From Bdellovibrionaceae bacterium UBA6502 (GTDB lineage Bacteria; Bdellovibrionota; Bdellovibrionia; Bdellovibrionales; UBA840): a DNA stretch of 64,000 bases. The stretch is from contig DJMA01000041.1 of the NCBI GenBank assembly GCA_002436415.1, forward strand, positions 36,410 through 100,409, given 5' to 3'. The notes below the pieces were generated by a model that searched no databases, was not told where the DNA came from, and was given only the letters and a program-made list of their open reading frames with translations. The position numbers and the translations under genes were made by a program. Positions 37,424-47,158 of this stretch are shown here, in pieces (position 1 is the stretch's first letter; each line of letters starts with the position of its first letter).

Positions 37424-38091
37424 AAAAATATAAGGCTCTTTTTCTTGATTTTGATGGTACATTGGTAGACTCAGAAAGTTTATTGTTCGATGCTTACCGT
37501 CAGTTACTTGCTAGTTTTGCTAAGCCAGCAAGTCAGCAAGAGTTTCAAGGCTATATTGGGCCAAGTCTTTATGAGATATCCAATTTAATAAAAAAACGAC
37601 ATAGCTTAGATTTAGATGTTGATCAAATTTATCAAAGATACATTCAGTTTGTAGAGCTTTCTTATGACACTGTACTTTTGATGCCTGGAGCACAGGACTT
37701 TCTTGATTATGTAGTCGCCAAAGGTTTCCGTTTGTATGTAGTTAGTTCCGCACCATTGTCCATTGTAAGACGGGTCTTGCATAGATTCGGAGTACTAGGA
37801 TGTTTTGAGGATTTTTTTACCTGTGAGTCAGTTGAAAAGATGAAGCCTGATCCTAGTATTTATATTCATGCAATGGAAGAGACCAGGCTTTCCGTTCAAG
37901 ATGTTTTATGTTTTGAAGACTCTGTTGCAGGGGTAAAATCAGCTCTTGGTGCTGGTCTTAAAGTGATTTATTTAAATAAAGACTTTGATAAAGTAATTGA
38001 GATCCCAAAGAGCGAAAACTTAAGGCTGTATTCAAGTTTCTTAGAAATTTTAGATAATGATGTGGCAAGCAGTATTTTGGGGGAAGAATGA
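37405..38091 (+). CDS. HAD-superfamily hydrolase (phosphatase / beta-PGM-like)
   Basis: Motif I LFLDFDGTLVDSE, motif II VVSSAP and a later K...EDSxxG motif. The start is uncertain; an alternative is GTG near 37421. Confidence 0.8.
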   Translation: MGCFWVKKYKALFLDFDGTLVDSESLLFDAYRQLLASFAKPASQQEFQGYIGPSLYEISNLIKKRHSLDLDVDQIYQRYIQFVELSYDTVLLMPGAQDFLDYVVAKGFRLYVVSSAPLSIVRRVLHRFGVLGCFEDFFTCESVEKMKPDPSIYIHAMEETRLSVQDVLCFEDSVAGVKSALGAGLKVIYLNKDFDKVIEIPKSENLRLYSSFLEILDNDVASSILGEE

Positions 38092-38936
38092 GTCAAATTG
38101 TTAGTGTTATAATCCCAACTTATAATCGCCCAGAATTTTTGGGTAGGGCTTTGGATAGTGTTTTGTCTCAATCATATACCGAGCTAGAAGTATTAGTGGT
38201 TAATGATGGGTCAGAGCAAAGCTATGATGAACTTAAGGCTCACTATAAAGACGAACGTATTATATGGATTGATCTTGAAAAAAACGCAGGCGTTTGTGGA
38301 GCAAGAAATGCCGGAATCGATGCTGCCAAAGGAGATTTTGTCTGTTTTCTAGATGATGACGACGAGTTTTTAGAAGATAAACTGAAACTTCAAGTGGAGC
38401 ATTTTATAAAGTTTCCAGAAATTGACATTGTAGTGGGGGATGTCATATTTCGAAGGGAAGATATTTCTAAAGTAATCCTGAATCGTCATGAGGGAAATCA
38501 GTATAAAGAGTTTATCAAAAGATATTCCCTGTGGGGCACCGCGATACCTCTAATTAGACGAGAAATTCTTGAAAAAGGTGTTCGCTTTGATGGTCGGTTT
38601 TGGATGAATGAAGATTATGACTTTTTAATTCAGCTAGCAAAATATGCTAATTTTGGATTTGTTCCGCAGCCCTTAGCAATTCATCATGAAAGCAAAGACC
38701 AATTCTCATACAATTTTATGAGGCGTTTTAAGGGGACACTGCAATTATTTTTCAAATATTGGCGACAGTCTCTTTCCTTTGGTTTTTTATTTTTTCTAGA
38801 TCAGTTTATTAAAACCATTGTTCTATGTTCAGTGTTTTTACTAGCGCACTATTTTGGAAAGTCTTGTTATGTGGCATTTACTAGGCTTGAGAACTGGATT
38901 CGCTTTGATCTTCTTGGGAAAACTTCAAATAGCTAA
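38088..38936 (+). CDS. GT2 family glycosyltransferase
   Basis: VSVIIPTYNRPEFL, VVNDGSEQ and LDDDDE motifs. 282 aa. Confidence 0.85.
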   Translation: MSQIVSVIIPTYNRPEFLGRALDSVLSQSYTELEVLVVNDGSEQSYDELKAHYKDERIIWIDLEKNAGVCGARNAGIDAAKGDFVCFLDDDDEFLEDKLKLQVEHFIKFPEIDIVVGDVIFRREDISKVILNRHEGNQYKEFIKRYSLWGTAIPLIRREILEKGVRFDGRFWMNEDYDFLIQLAKYANFGFVPQPLAIHHESKDQFSYNFMRRFKGTLQLFFKYWRQSLSFGFLFFLDQFIKTIVLCSVFLLAHYFGKSCYVAFTRLENWIRFDLLGKTSNS

Positions 38937-39026
38937 TTGCACAAGTAAATCCATCAAATCAGAAGCTGTTTTTAGCTAACTGATTTGTACTTGCCTCTTT
39001 CTCACATCTTGATAACATCTTAAGTA

Positions 39027-39866
39027 GTGAAGAACCAGGTAGTTATCGATGCACAAAATCAAGACATATATCTTTTGGAGAAATCCAAAGAGCTTTTTCG
39101 TTATAGTGATTTATTGAAAAGCATTGTTCGAAGAGAGTTTAAGGTCTTGTACCGTAGAACTGTACTAGGGCCAATCTGGTATTTGCTTCAGCCTTTGCTA
39201 GCATCCCTTATTTATGTGGTGGTGTTTAATAAAGTTGCTAATATCTCTACCGATGGATTACCGAGTATCCTGTTTTATTTGCTAGGAACCTCACTTTGGG
39301 GACTGTTTTCTGATAGTTTGGTGAAAAGCTCTGATGTATTTGTTATGAACCAACTACTATTTGAGAAGGTATATTTTCCTAGATTAATTATGCCCATCGC
39401 TATGGTGATTTCCACTTTCCCTAAGTTTATAATGCAAATGTTACTGTTTTGCTTGGTATGGATCTACTACTTTGCGATGGGAGAAATTTCACCTTCGATT
39501 CATCTGGTTTATTTTCCTTTTTTAGTGGGGCTTACCGCTCTATTTGGTTTTAGTATAGGTTTGATTGTGTCTGCTATTACTGTGAAGTTTAGAGACCTTT
39601 TGTATGTATTAAATTATTTAATAAATATTTTGATGTATTTGAGTCCAGTGATTTACCCGGTTTCAATTGTCGCTGAAAAATACAGATGGATGACCTGGGC
39701 AAATCCTTTAACTGGTTTTTTCGAGCTGTCTAGATTAGGGGTTTTGGGGAAGGGTGAGATGAACCTTGAAGGCCTTGGGGCGGGGGTTTTGTTCGTTTTT
39801 GTTGTTCTGTATATAGGCTTAAAAGTCTTTTTTAAGGTGGAAAAAAGTTTTATTGATACAATATGA
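39027..39866 (+). CDS. wzm: ABC-2 type polysaccharide export permease (Wzm/TagG-like)
   Basis: GTG start, 279 aa with six TMs. Conserved REFKVLYRRTVLGPIWYLLQP start of ABC-2 polysaccharide exporters. ATGA overlap with the ATPase gene. Confidence 0.85.
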   Translation: MKNQVVIDAQNQDIYLLEKSKELFRYSDLLKSIVRREFKVLYRRTVLGPIWYLLQPLLASLIYVVVFNKVANISTDGLPSILFYLLGTSLWGLFSDSLVKSSDVFVMNQLLFEKVYFPRLIMPIAMVISTFPKFIMQMLLFCLVWIYYFAMGEISPSIHLVYFPFLVGLTALFGFSIGLIVSAITVKFRDLLYVLNYLINILMYLSPVIYPVSIVAEKYRWMTWANPLTGFFELSRLGVLGKGEMNLEGLGAGVLFVFVVLYIGLKVFFKVEKSFIDTI

Positions 39867-40630
39867 GTAATGTAGTTTTAGAAATAGAAAATCTATCGAA
39901 AGAATTTTATGTAGAAAACCCGCTATTAGGTGGGCTCTATGCTACCTATGAGCTAATGTTCAAAGATCTTAGCGAAGTGGATTCTAGTCGAAAACTCTTG
40001 GCGGTAAACTCTGTGAATTTAAGACTAAAGAAATCTCAAATTTTAGGAGTAATTGGTAAAAATGGTTCCGGGAAATCAACCTTATTAAAACTAATTTCTA
40101 GAATCACTTACCCAACGGGCGGAAAAATTTCTTATACGGGAAGTTTAACCCCAATGCTTGAGGTCGGAACGGGTTTTCATCCTGAATTGTCTGGTAGAGA
40201 GAATATAACTTTAAATGCAACTATTCATGGAATGAAACTAAAGGACATTGAACCTTTGATGGACCAGATCCTTGAGTTTTCAGAAATAGGACGACAAATT
40301 GATAGTCCTATAAAAAGGTATTCTTCAGGTATGGTTGTAAAGCTAGGTTTCGCTATTGCTAGTTATATTAAGACTGATATTTTACTTTTGGATGAAACTC
40401 TTTCCGTTGGAGATCACGCTTTCAAAAGAAAGTGTATTCATGCTTTGAAAGCTTTGGTGAAAAGAGAAGGACGTTCTATATTAGTGGTTAGTCACGATAT
40501 GGATATGGTACGAGAAATTTGTGATGAAGTTTGTGTTATGAAAAAAGGTGTGTTGAGCGCGCCTATGGAGGCCGAAGCGGCCATTTCTAAGTACATCCAG
40601 GATGATGAAATTGAAGCCTGGTCTTTCTAG
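39863..40630 (+). CDS. wzt: Polysaccharide export ABC transporter ATP-binding protein (Wzt/TagH-like, short form)
   Basis: Walker A GKNGSGKST, signature YSSGMVVKL, Walker B ILLLDE. 255 aa, so no C-terminal carbohydrate-binding extension. Confidence 0.85.
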   Translation: MSNVVLEIENLSKEFYVENPLLGGLYATYELMFKDLSEVDSSRKLLAVNSVNLRLKKSQILGVIGKNGSGKSTLLKLISRITYPTGGKISYTGSLTPMLEVGTGFHPELSGRENITLNATIHGMKLKDIEPLMDQILEFSEIGRQIDSPIKRYSSGMVVKLGFAIASYIKTDILLLDETLSVGDHAFKRKCIHALKALVKREGRSILVVSHDMDMVREICDEVCVMKKGVLSAPMEAEAAISKYIQDDEIEAWSF

Positions 40631-42125
40631 AAAAGTTCTATTTGTAAATATAATGTCCTCTTTCACTCCTCATTTTGAAACAGAATTGGAGTTGATGGAG
40701 GAGCGAAGTCAACAGGCAGCGGAAATTCATTTTGTACGTTGTAAATCAAAAATCCCATGCTGCTTTGCCAATCCAAAGCATTTAAAGGCTTATTGTGATT
40801 ATTGCGTACATCGTAGTTCTCGGGTGAATGATTTTTTCCCTCGGGCCATAGAAAAAGATGTAGACCAATTTTGGAAGCAAGAAGATAAAGTTTTTTTTAA
40901 TTCATTAAGGACTCAGTTTTCTAGTCTTAAAGAGTTGTATGACTATAAAATTAAATATTGTGATATCGACTTTGACATAGGACAGGCGGTTTGTTGTAGT
41001 TTGGTTTCGATATGTAGAGATAGTTCTGAAAGTCTCTTGAAAGAGCAGAACTTGATCGACTCCTTGTTTTTGACCGCCTTTTATCAGCTGGTGAGCTTAA
41101 GCAGACTGATAGAAAGTGAGCAATACGATGAAGTGATTATTTTCAATGGTCGCTTTGCAAGCGTTCGCGGAGTACTTCGTTATTGTCAAAGTAAAAATAT
41201 AGACATCTACTGCCATGAAAGAGGTGGTGATTTCTATCGCTACGCCATCGTAAAACAAGATACAATACATTCGTTGGCAACACATAAAAACAAATTGGAG
41301 TCTTTAAAGAAGAGCTTTACCAAAAAATCTGAGTTGTATAAAATGGGTGAAGACTTCTTTGAAAATCAAAGAAAGGGAAAAGTCTATTCTTGGAAATCCT
41401 ATATTACCGAGCAAGAGCATGGAAAGTTGCCTGATAGCTTTCAAGAAAGTCTAAGGAAAGTCTCCATTTTTATTTCTAGCGAAGATGAGTTTTTTGCTCT
41501 AGATGATTTTAAGGTTTACTTTTTTGAAGACCAGGTGGAGGCCATTCGCTATATGGTTTCTAAATTGAAAGATGTTTTAGGAAAGAGTATTTCGCTATTT
41601 ATTCGAATGCACCCTAACTTGGCTGGTATTGATAATCATTTTATAAGGTCCATCAAGGCTTTAGAGCAAGAAGGTCTTAATGTAATAGACGCTGATTCTA
41701 ATGTTAGTTCCTATGCTCTGGTAGATCAGTCAGATCTAATTATAACTTTTGGATCTACGGTTGGTGTGGAGGCCTGTTATGTTGGGAAACCAGTAATATT
41801 GATGGGAACCACATGGTATGAAGATTTAGACATTTGCTCTATCCCTAAAAGTCCTGAAGACCTTATCGAAAAAATAAAAAATGAAAATGAAACCAGAGAT
41901 AAAAGTGATGCCATTTTATATGGCGCCTATATCTCTAGTTTTGGTGAGAAGTTTAAATACTTCCAAGCCGAAGGCCTTTTTAAAGGAAGATTTAAATCAA
42001 TTCGCATTGGACATAGATTTTTTAATTTCCTGCAGAGAGTGATAGAGGAAAAAGTCTTTCCTTCTTTTTTTACAAGGCGTAGCGAAGAACGTCGAAGAAT
42101 GGCCTTTAAGAATTTGTTGGATTAG
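40602..42125 (+). CDS. Capsule-synthesis (KpsC/KpsS, PF05159-like) family protein with N-terminal Cys cluster
   Basis: IIFNGRFASVRG, LFIRMHPN and LIITFGSTVGVEACYVGKPVILMG match Capsule_synth family motifs as I recall them. N-terminal C-x6-CC...C-x2-C. An alternative start is ATG 40653, just after the wzt stop. Confidence 0.6.
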   Translation: MMKLKPGLSRKVLFVNIMSSFTPHFETELELMEERSQQAAEIHFVRCKSKIPCCFANPKHLKAYCDYCVHRSSRVNDFFPRAIEKDVDQFWKQEDKVFFNSLRTQFSSLKELYDYKIKYCDIDFDIGQAVCCSLVSICRDSSESLLKEQNLIDSLFLTAFYQLVSLSRLIESEQYDEVIIFNGRFASVRGVLRYCQSKNIDIYCHERGGDFYRYAIVKQDTIHSLATHKNKLESLKKSFTKKSELYKMGEDFFENQRKGKVYSWKSYITEQEHGKLPDSFQESLRKVSIFISSEDEFFALDDFKVYFFEDQVEAIRYMVSKLKDVLGKSISLFIRMHPNLAGIDNHFIRSIKALEQEGLNVIDADSNVSSYALVDQSDLIITFGSTVGVEACYVGKPVILMGTTWYEDLDICSIPKSPEDLIEKIKNENETRDKSDAILYGAYISSFGEKFKYFQAEGLFKGRFKSIRIGHRFFNFLQRVIEEKVFPSFFTRRSEERRRMAFKNLLD

Positions 42126-42804
42126 AGCATCTGAGTTTAAATTTCAATCTAGCCAGTTCAAGGTCTGTTGTTGTATTGATATCCTGTGCTTCTAGTTCTG
42201 ATACTTCATAACCAATGATTTTACCACCATAGATAGACTTAAACTTTTCTAGACTGGAGACCTTTCCCCAATAAAACTCACCGATATCAAAATAATGTGG
42301 ATCGAGATCTTGGCTTCTGCTCCAAAGGTATTTTTGGCCAGGCATTTGAATAGCATTTTCTTTTTTTATAAAAGCCCTTTGTGGCGGTGAAGAAAACTTA
42401 CATATCGGGTAGCAGAAGTCCGCATCTTCTGCGGAAAAATTTTTGTATGCTTCAGTAATTCTTTTACTTTGAATCAATGGACTTGAGGCGTAAATACAGC
42501 AAAAATGCTCATAAGTTTCTGGCAGTTGCTTAAGGCTGTAGTTCAAGGCAGAGTAAGTGGAGGCTTCGTCGTTCGAGACTTCTTCTGTTCTTAGAAAAGG
42601 AGCTTCAGCTCCTAAAGCTATTGCAAGCTCTGCTATTTGAGGCTTGTCAGTTGAAACGATTACTCGATCAAAAAGCTTTGATTCAAGAGCTGCTTCGATA
42701 GGATAATGTAGGATTGGATTTCCTTCAAATTCAATTAGGTTTTTATTGGGTAGGCGTTTACTGTTTCCTCTGCCAAGAATTATTGCGACCTTTGAATTAG
42801 ACAT
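42106..42804 (-). CDS. pseF: Pseudaminic acid cytidylyltransferase (CMP-NeuAc synthetase family)
   Basis: KVAIILGRGNSKRLPNKN and the CTP_transf_3 core. The preferred start is ATG 42804 behind GGGAG (232 aa); the ORF-track start at 42909 adds 35 unlikely residues. Confidence 0.8.
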   Translation of the reverse strand: MSNSKVAIILGRGNSKRLPNKNLIEFEGNPILHYPIEAALESKLFDRVIVSTDKPQIAELAIALGAEAPFLRTEEVSNDEASTYSALNYSLKQLPETYEHFCCIYASSPLIQSKRITEAYKNFSAEDADFCYPICKFSSPPQRAFIKKENAIQMPGQKYLWSRSQDLDPHYFDIGEFYWGKVSSLEKFKSIYGGKIIGYEVSELEAQDINTTTDLELARLKFKLRCSNPTNS

Positions 42805-42954
42805 GATATCTCCCTTGGCATAGTTTCTCATTTTAAAGTGAAAATGCCTAGAATAGCTTCGATCTAACTGGTAAGTGACTTTAGGCGTTAAGCGTTTTAT
42901 CAAATACAAAAAATACTTCTGTTGTAATAAAATCTGAACGTGCTTGGGGGTAAG

Positions 42955-43980
42955 ATGCTAGATGACAAGTCGATTTTAATAACAGGTGGTACAGGCTCAT
43001 TTGGGAAGGCCTTTGTGAAACGACTTTTAACGGAACATCCTAAAATCAAAAAAATCATCATTTATTCTAGAGATGAATTTAAGCAATCAGAGATGTCGCA
43101 AATTGAATTATTTCAAGAACATGCGTCTAAGCTTCGATTTTTTATTGGCGATGTTCGCGATGCAAAGCGATTACGCAGAGCCTGTGAAGGTGTAGATATA
43201 ATTATTCATGCAGCGGCCCTTAAGCAGGTGCCGGCGGCCGAATACAATCCAATGGAGTTCGTCAAAACCAATGTCTTAGGTGCTGAAAATGTGATTGAGG
43301 CTGCTTTCGACTCGGGAGTAACTAATGTGGTTGCTCTTTCTACAGATAAAGCTGCTGCTCCTATTAATCTTTATGGGGCAACCAAGCTCTGTTCGGATAA
43401 ACTGTTTGTTGCGGCCAATAACATGAAAGGAAGTCGGGAGTTGTCATTGTCTGTGGTTCGATATGGCAATGTAATTGGCTCCCGTGGCTCGGTGGTACCT
43501 TTGTATTTAAACTTTTTAAAACAAGGGCTCTCAGAGCTTCCCGTTACCGATACTAGAATGACTAGATTCAATATTTCTTTAGATGAAGGAGTGGATATGG
43601 TATTTCATGCCATTGAAAACTCTTGGGGCGGAGAAGTCTTTGTGCCTAAGATACCATCTTTTAAAATTACAGATTTAGCAGAAGCAGTTGCCCCTAAATT
43701 CTCCATTAAAGAAATCGGGATTCGTCCTGGGGAGAAACTTCATGAAGAGATGATTACAGAGACAGACTCTTTCAATACATTAGATTGTGGAAAGTATTAT
43801 GTGATTTTACCAAGTATGCCCACTTGGAATCTCGACGAGTATCAAAATGCCTTTTCAGCCTCCTTCGTAGAGCATGGATTTAAATACAGTTCAGATAGAA
43901 ACTCACAGTGGTTAAGTGTTGAAGAGTTGAGAGACTTGGTAAAACAACATGTTGACCCTAGTTTTCAAGTGGTAAAATAG
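42955..43980 (+). CDS. pseB: UDP-N-acetylglucosamine 4,6-dehydratase (inverting)
   Basis: ILITGGTGSFGKAF, YGATKLCSDK (YxxxK) and overall FlaA1/CapD-like short form. The preferred start is ATG 42955 behind GGGGG. Confidence 0.9.
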   Translation: MLDDKSILITGGTGSFGKAFVKRLLTEHPKIKKIIIYSRDEFKQSEMSQIELFQEHASKLRFFIGDVRDAKRLRRACEGVDIIIHAAALKQVPAAEYNPMEFVKTNVLGAENVIEAAFDSGVTNVVALSTDKAAAPINLYGATKLCSDKLFVAANNMKGSRELSLSVVRYGNVIGSRGSVVPLYLNFLKQGLSELPVTDTRMTRFNISLDEGVDMVFHAIENSWGGEVFVPKIPSFKITDLAEAVAPKFSIKEIGIRPGEKLHEEMITETDSFNTLDCGKYYVILPSMPTWNLDEYQNAFSASFVEHGFKYSSDRNSQWLSVEELRDLVKQHVDPSFQVVK

Positions 43981-45141
43981 ATGAAAGAGTTTATTCCTTA
44001 TGGCTGCCAGGATATTAGTGAAAAAGACATTGAAGCGGTTATCAAGGTCTTAAAGTCAGATTTTATCACTCAGGGGCCTTATGTTGAAAGATTTGAACAA
44101 GACATATCCAACTATGTAGGGTCCAAGCACTCCGTTAGTTTTAATTCAGCAACATCAGCTTTGCATAGTTTGTGTTTGGCAATGAACTTAGGTGCAGGTG
44201 ACTTTTTATGGACCAGCCCTATCTCCTTTGTGGCTAGTTCAAACTGTGCATTGTATTGTGGCGCTGAGGTAGATTTCGTAGATATAGATCCTCTTAGTTT
44301 CAATTTATGCCCCGATAAGTTAGAGGTAAAATTACAGCTAGCTGAAAAGTCAAATTGCTTACCAAAAATTTTGGTAGTGGTACATATGGGTGGGGCTAGT
44401 GCGGAAATGCTAAAAATTTCTAGGTTGGCAAAAAAATATAATTTTAAAGTCATTGAAGATGCCTCCCATGCCTTAGGAGGGGAGTACGAATCTAAAAAGA
44501 TCGGGGCTTGTCAGTATTCTGATGCTTGTGTCTTTAGTTTTCATCCTGTGAAAATGATTACTTCTGGGGAGGGTGGGCTTTGTACAACGAATGATACTGA
44601 ATTGTTCGAAGCTATGCAACTCTTTAGGAGTCACGGAATTACTAAAGATCTCTCTAAATTTATAAAAGAGCCAGGAGGGGCTTGGTATTACGAGCAACAA
44701 AAACTTGGCTTTAATTATAGAATGACGGATATACATGCTGCCTTGGGAAGCTCTCAGTTGCAGCGTTTGGATCAATTTTTAAAAATACGTAACGAGTGGG
44801 CCTTACGATACAAAGAAGAACTTGGCGACTTAGGCATAGGAATGCAAAGTTTTTCGGATGAACTTTACTCTAGTTATCATCTATTTTTGATACAGCTAAA
44901 GTCTCAAGAGCAAAGGGATAGTATCTTTGCTGCTATGAGAGCGGAGAGGATTGGTGTAAATGTTCATTACATCCCAATATTTCTACAGCCTTATTACCAA
45001 AGAATGGGGAAATATTCTGAACAAGATTTTCCCAATGCCATGAATTACTACAAGCATTGCTTGAGTTTACCGATGCATACAAAATTAGATGATGAAAAAT
45101 TCTCTAGAGTCCTAGATAGTTTAAAAATCAATCTAAGTTAA
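43981..45141 (+). CDS. pseC: UDP-4-amino-4,6-dideoxy-N-acetyl-beta-L-altrosamine transaminase (DegT family)
   Basis: IPYGCQDISEKDI start typical of PseC. PLP-Lys context FSFHPVKMITSGEGG. The ATG directly follows the pseB stop. Confidence 0.88.
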   Translation: MKEFIPYGCQDISEKDIEAVIKVLKSDFITQGPYVERFEQDISNYVGSKHSVSFNSATSALHSLCLAMNLGAGDFLWTSPISFVASSNCALYCGAEVDFVDIDPLSFNLCPDKLEVKLQLAEKSNCLPKILVVVHMGGASAEMLKISRLAKKYNFKVIEDASHALGGEYESKKIGACQYSDACVFSFHPVKMITSGEGGLCTTNDTELFEAMQLFRSHGITKDLSKFIKEPGGAWYYEQQKLGFNYRMTDIHAALGSSQLQRLDQFLKIRNEWALRYKEELGDLGIGMQSFSDELYSSYHLFLIQLKSQEQRDSIFAAMRAERIGVNVHYIPIFLQPYYQRMGKYSEQDFPNAMNYYKHCLSLPMHTKLDDEKFSRVLDSLKINLS

Positions 45142-45143
45142 AT

Positions 45144-46463
45144 CTATTCTTCAATTTTCTTTAAAAGCTTTGCATCTACTAGAGCTTTAATGAAAGGCAA
45201 TAGCTCATATAGAGAGATTTTCATTTTATTAGCGATGTCGACCAGATCATGCTCTCCATCTGAAAAGCTCAACAGATATAAAAATGCATTTTGTGATAGC
45301 TTGGTTTTGTTGGCGGCACCAATGCTGTGATATAGGTTTCTTTTGCCAAGCATTGGTTCGCAGTGTGGGTTTAAATTTTCATACTTACCAAAACTTTCAA
45401 AGCATAGAATCACTTTCATATAAAATTCAATGCTTTCCTGAAAAGCTTCGAAAGAGATGAAGTCTTTGTTATCAAGTGAGGTGTGGTATTCTTTGTAGTG
45501 AGTGTACATGGATCTAGTTATTGATCCAACGGGAAGATCGAAGGCTGGGGAGCAAAACTGCCGTTCATCACTTCCCGTGGGGAAAAAGTCATGTATTTTG
45601 TAGTTTTTAAGCCCTGAAAAATTCATCAAGTTCATACAGATTTTATCAATAGCACTATCGCCTTGCTTTGATTTTTTGTAATTCCACGCGTGTTCATCTG
45701 CAACGCAAGTAGCTACGAGTCCACCGACGCAATTGTCTTTTATCTCTTCACCATATTTAGAAAGGTAGCTAATGCTACCGATAGTTTCGGGAACAATCAT
45801 AAGGCGATAGTTAAAATTTCTTTCAGGCAGTTGACTAATTAGTTTACCAAGAAAGCTAAGGAGGATTGGGCCGGAGAGTTCGTTGTTTGCCATGCTTGGG
45901 TGGCAAAGGTAAGAACTAAGAAGGAACTCTTTTTTGGAGGAGTTTGTTGCAGGAATCACTTTGTGACCCCAATTTAACTGACCATCAAAATGTTCGGCCT
46001 CAATTTTTACTAGATATTCTTCGTCGCATAGCTGAATTCTTTGGTTGTGGGATAGGCAAAAGCCCCAGCGTCTTTGGTAATATGAGGTCACGTAGGGGAT
46101 GGCCTCCGGAAGATCTTCTAGAGAATAAAGGTGCTCTTGTAAATCTTCAAGTTTAACCAAGCTATCTACGGCTGTACTGTAATTCAATACATGTAGGTTA
46201 TTGTTCTTTATATCGATAACTTTTTCGCCTTCTTTGTTTGCAATAAAGGCCTCAGTAATTTTCCATTCTTGGGGGACAGTCCAATCGAAAACCGATGTGC
46301 CGGAGGCGATGGATTCTATCTCATAAGGCAAAATTTCTTGTAAAATACGGAGAGATTTTCTGAAACCCTCGCCAGTGATACTTCTTAGGATTGGCCAAAG
46401 TCTATCGAAATAGCTCTCTAGGTCATTTGGTTTAATTTGATTTTTTTGAATTTCAACTAACAT
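45144..46463 (-). CDS. DUF4910 / aminopeptidase-like domain protein with C-terminal winged-helix
   Basis: LWPILRSITGEGFRKSLRILQEILP...SGTSVFDWTVPQEWKI matches the family signature as I recall it. 439 aa. Convergent with pseC, with a 2-nt gap between the stops. Confidence 0.75.
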   Translation of the reverse strand: MLVEIQKNQIKPNDLESYFDRLWPILRSITGEGFRKSLRILQEILPYEIESIASGTSVFDWTVPQEWKITEAFIANKEGEKVIDIKNNNLHVLNYSTAVDSLVKLEDLQEHLYSLEDLPEAIPYVTSYYQRRWGFCLSHNQRIQLCDEEYLVKIEAEHFDGQLNWGHKVIPATNSSKKEFLLSSYLCHPSMANNELSGPILLSFLGKLISQLPERNFNYRLMIVPETIGSISYLSKYGEEIKDNCVGGLVATCVADEHAWNYKKSKQGDSAIDKICMNLMNFSGLKNYKIHDFFPTGSDERQFCSPAFDLPVGSITRSMYTHYKEYHTSLDNKDFISFEAFQESIEFYMKVILCFESFGKYENLNPHCEPMLGKRNLYHSIGAANKTKLSQNAFLYLLSFSDGEHDLVDIANKMKISLYELLPFIKALVDAKLLKKIEE

Positions 46464-46486
46464 AGAGATCCTATTTTACAAAAAAA

Positions 46487-47158
46487 TTAAAGCTTAACGA
46501 TAAGGTCCCAAGAGGCAAAAATATTGTTCTCGGTTTTCTTTGGGAAATAGTCTTTTGTTTTGTTTAATTTTAAATTTAAAATCTCACTTTCTTTGAATAT
46601 GTCTTCTATTTCTTCTTTAGAAAAAAAGTGAACAGGGCCAATGCCTTGGAAAGGGCCATCTTTGTAGTTATCTCTCGTATTGCCATTGTCGCCGATAGAT
46701 TCTCCGGATTCTCTCGCTGTATGTTCGGTCGAGTACCAATCTATTCCAATATAATGTGCATCTTCTTTTGCGAAGTCTTTAAGCTGCTGCAAGGTCTTTT
46801 TTACAGCTTCTAACGAGACACAACACATTGCACCTCGGTCAAAAATATAGTCAAACTTCAAATCAAAAGGAATGTCTTTGGTAAAGTCACTCGCTTTTAG
46901 GTTGTCTTTAAGTTCAGGGAAGCGGCCTTTCAGTTTTTCAATGATGTTAGGACTACCATCTATTCCAAAGTACTCAACATTAGGAAGTGATTGGAAAAAC
47001 GGTATATTAGCTCCGGCTCCACAGCCAATTTCTAAAACTTTGACAGAGCTAGTTCTATCATAAGTCTTATAGAAATAGCTGATTAAATTGGGCCATGGCC
47101 AAACGCTAATGTGGCGGTTGTTTTGATAGGTGTCTTCCCAATTTTGTGAAAAGCTCAT
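46487..47158 (-). CDS. Class I SAM-dependent methyltransferase
   Basis: SAM motif I VLEIGCGAGANI and post-I acidic GID. 223 aa. 4-nt overlap with the upstream gene. Confidence 0.8.
   Translation of the reverse strand: MSFSQNWEDTYQNNRHISVWPWPNLISYFYKTYDRTSSVKVLEIGCGAGANIPFFQSLPNVEYFGIDGSPNIIEKLKGRFPELKDNLKASDFTKDIPFDLKFDYIFDRGAMCCVSLEAVKKTLQQLKDFAKEDAHYIGIDWYSTEHTARESGESIGDNGNTRDNYKDGPFQGIGPVHFFSKEEIEDIFKESEILNLKLNKTKDYFPKKTENNIFASWDLIVKL

Noticed and set aside
42816-42831. TGGCAT-AGTTT-CTCA in the pseF/pseB divergent region
   Set aside because: It has a -24-like TGGCAT but no -12 GC element, and it lies ~125 nt from the pseB start.
42805-42954. N-terminal extensions of the pseF (to 42909) and pseB (GTG 42940) ORFs
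   Set aside because: Internal ATGs at 42804 and 42955 have good SD sequences and give protein lengths and N-termini typical of PseF and PseB. The extensions would consume the divergent promoter region.
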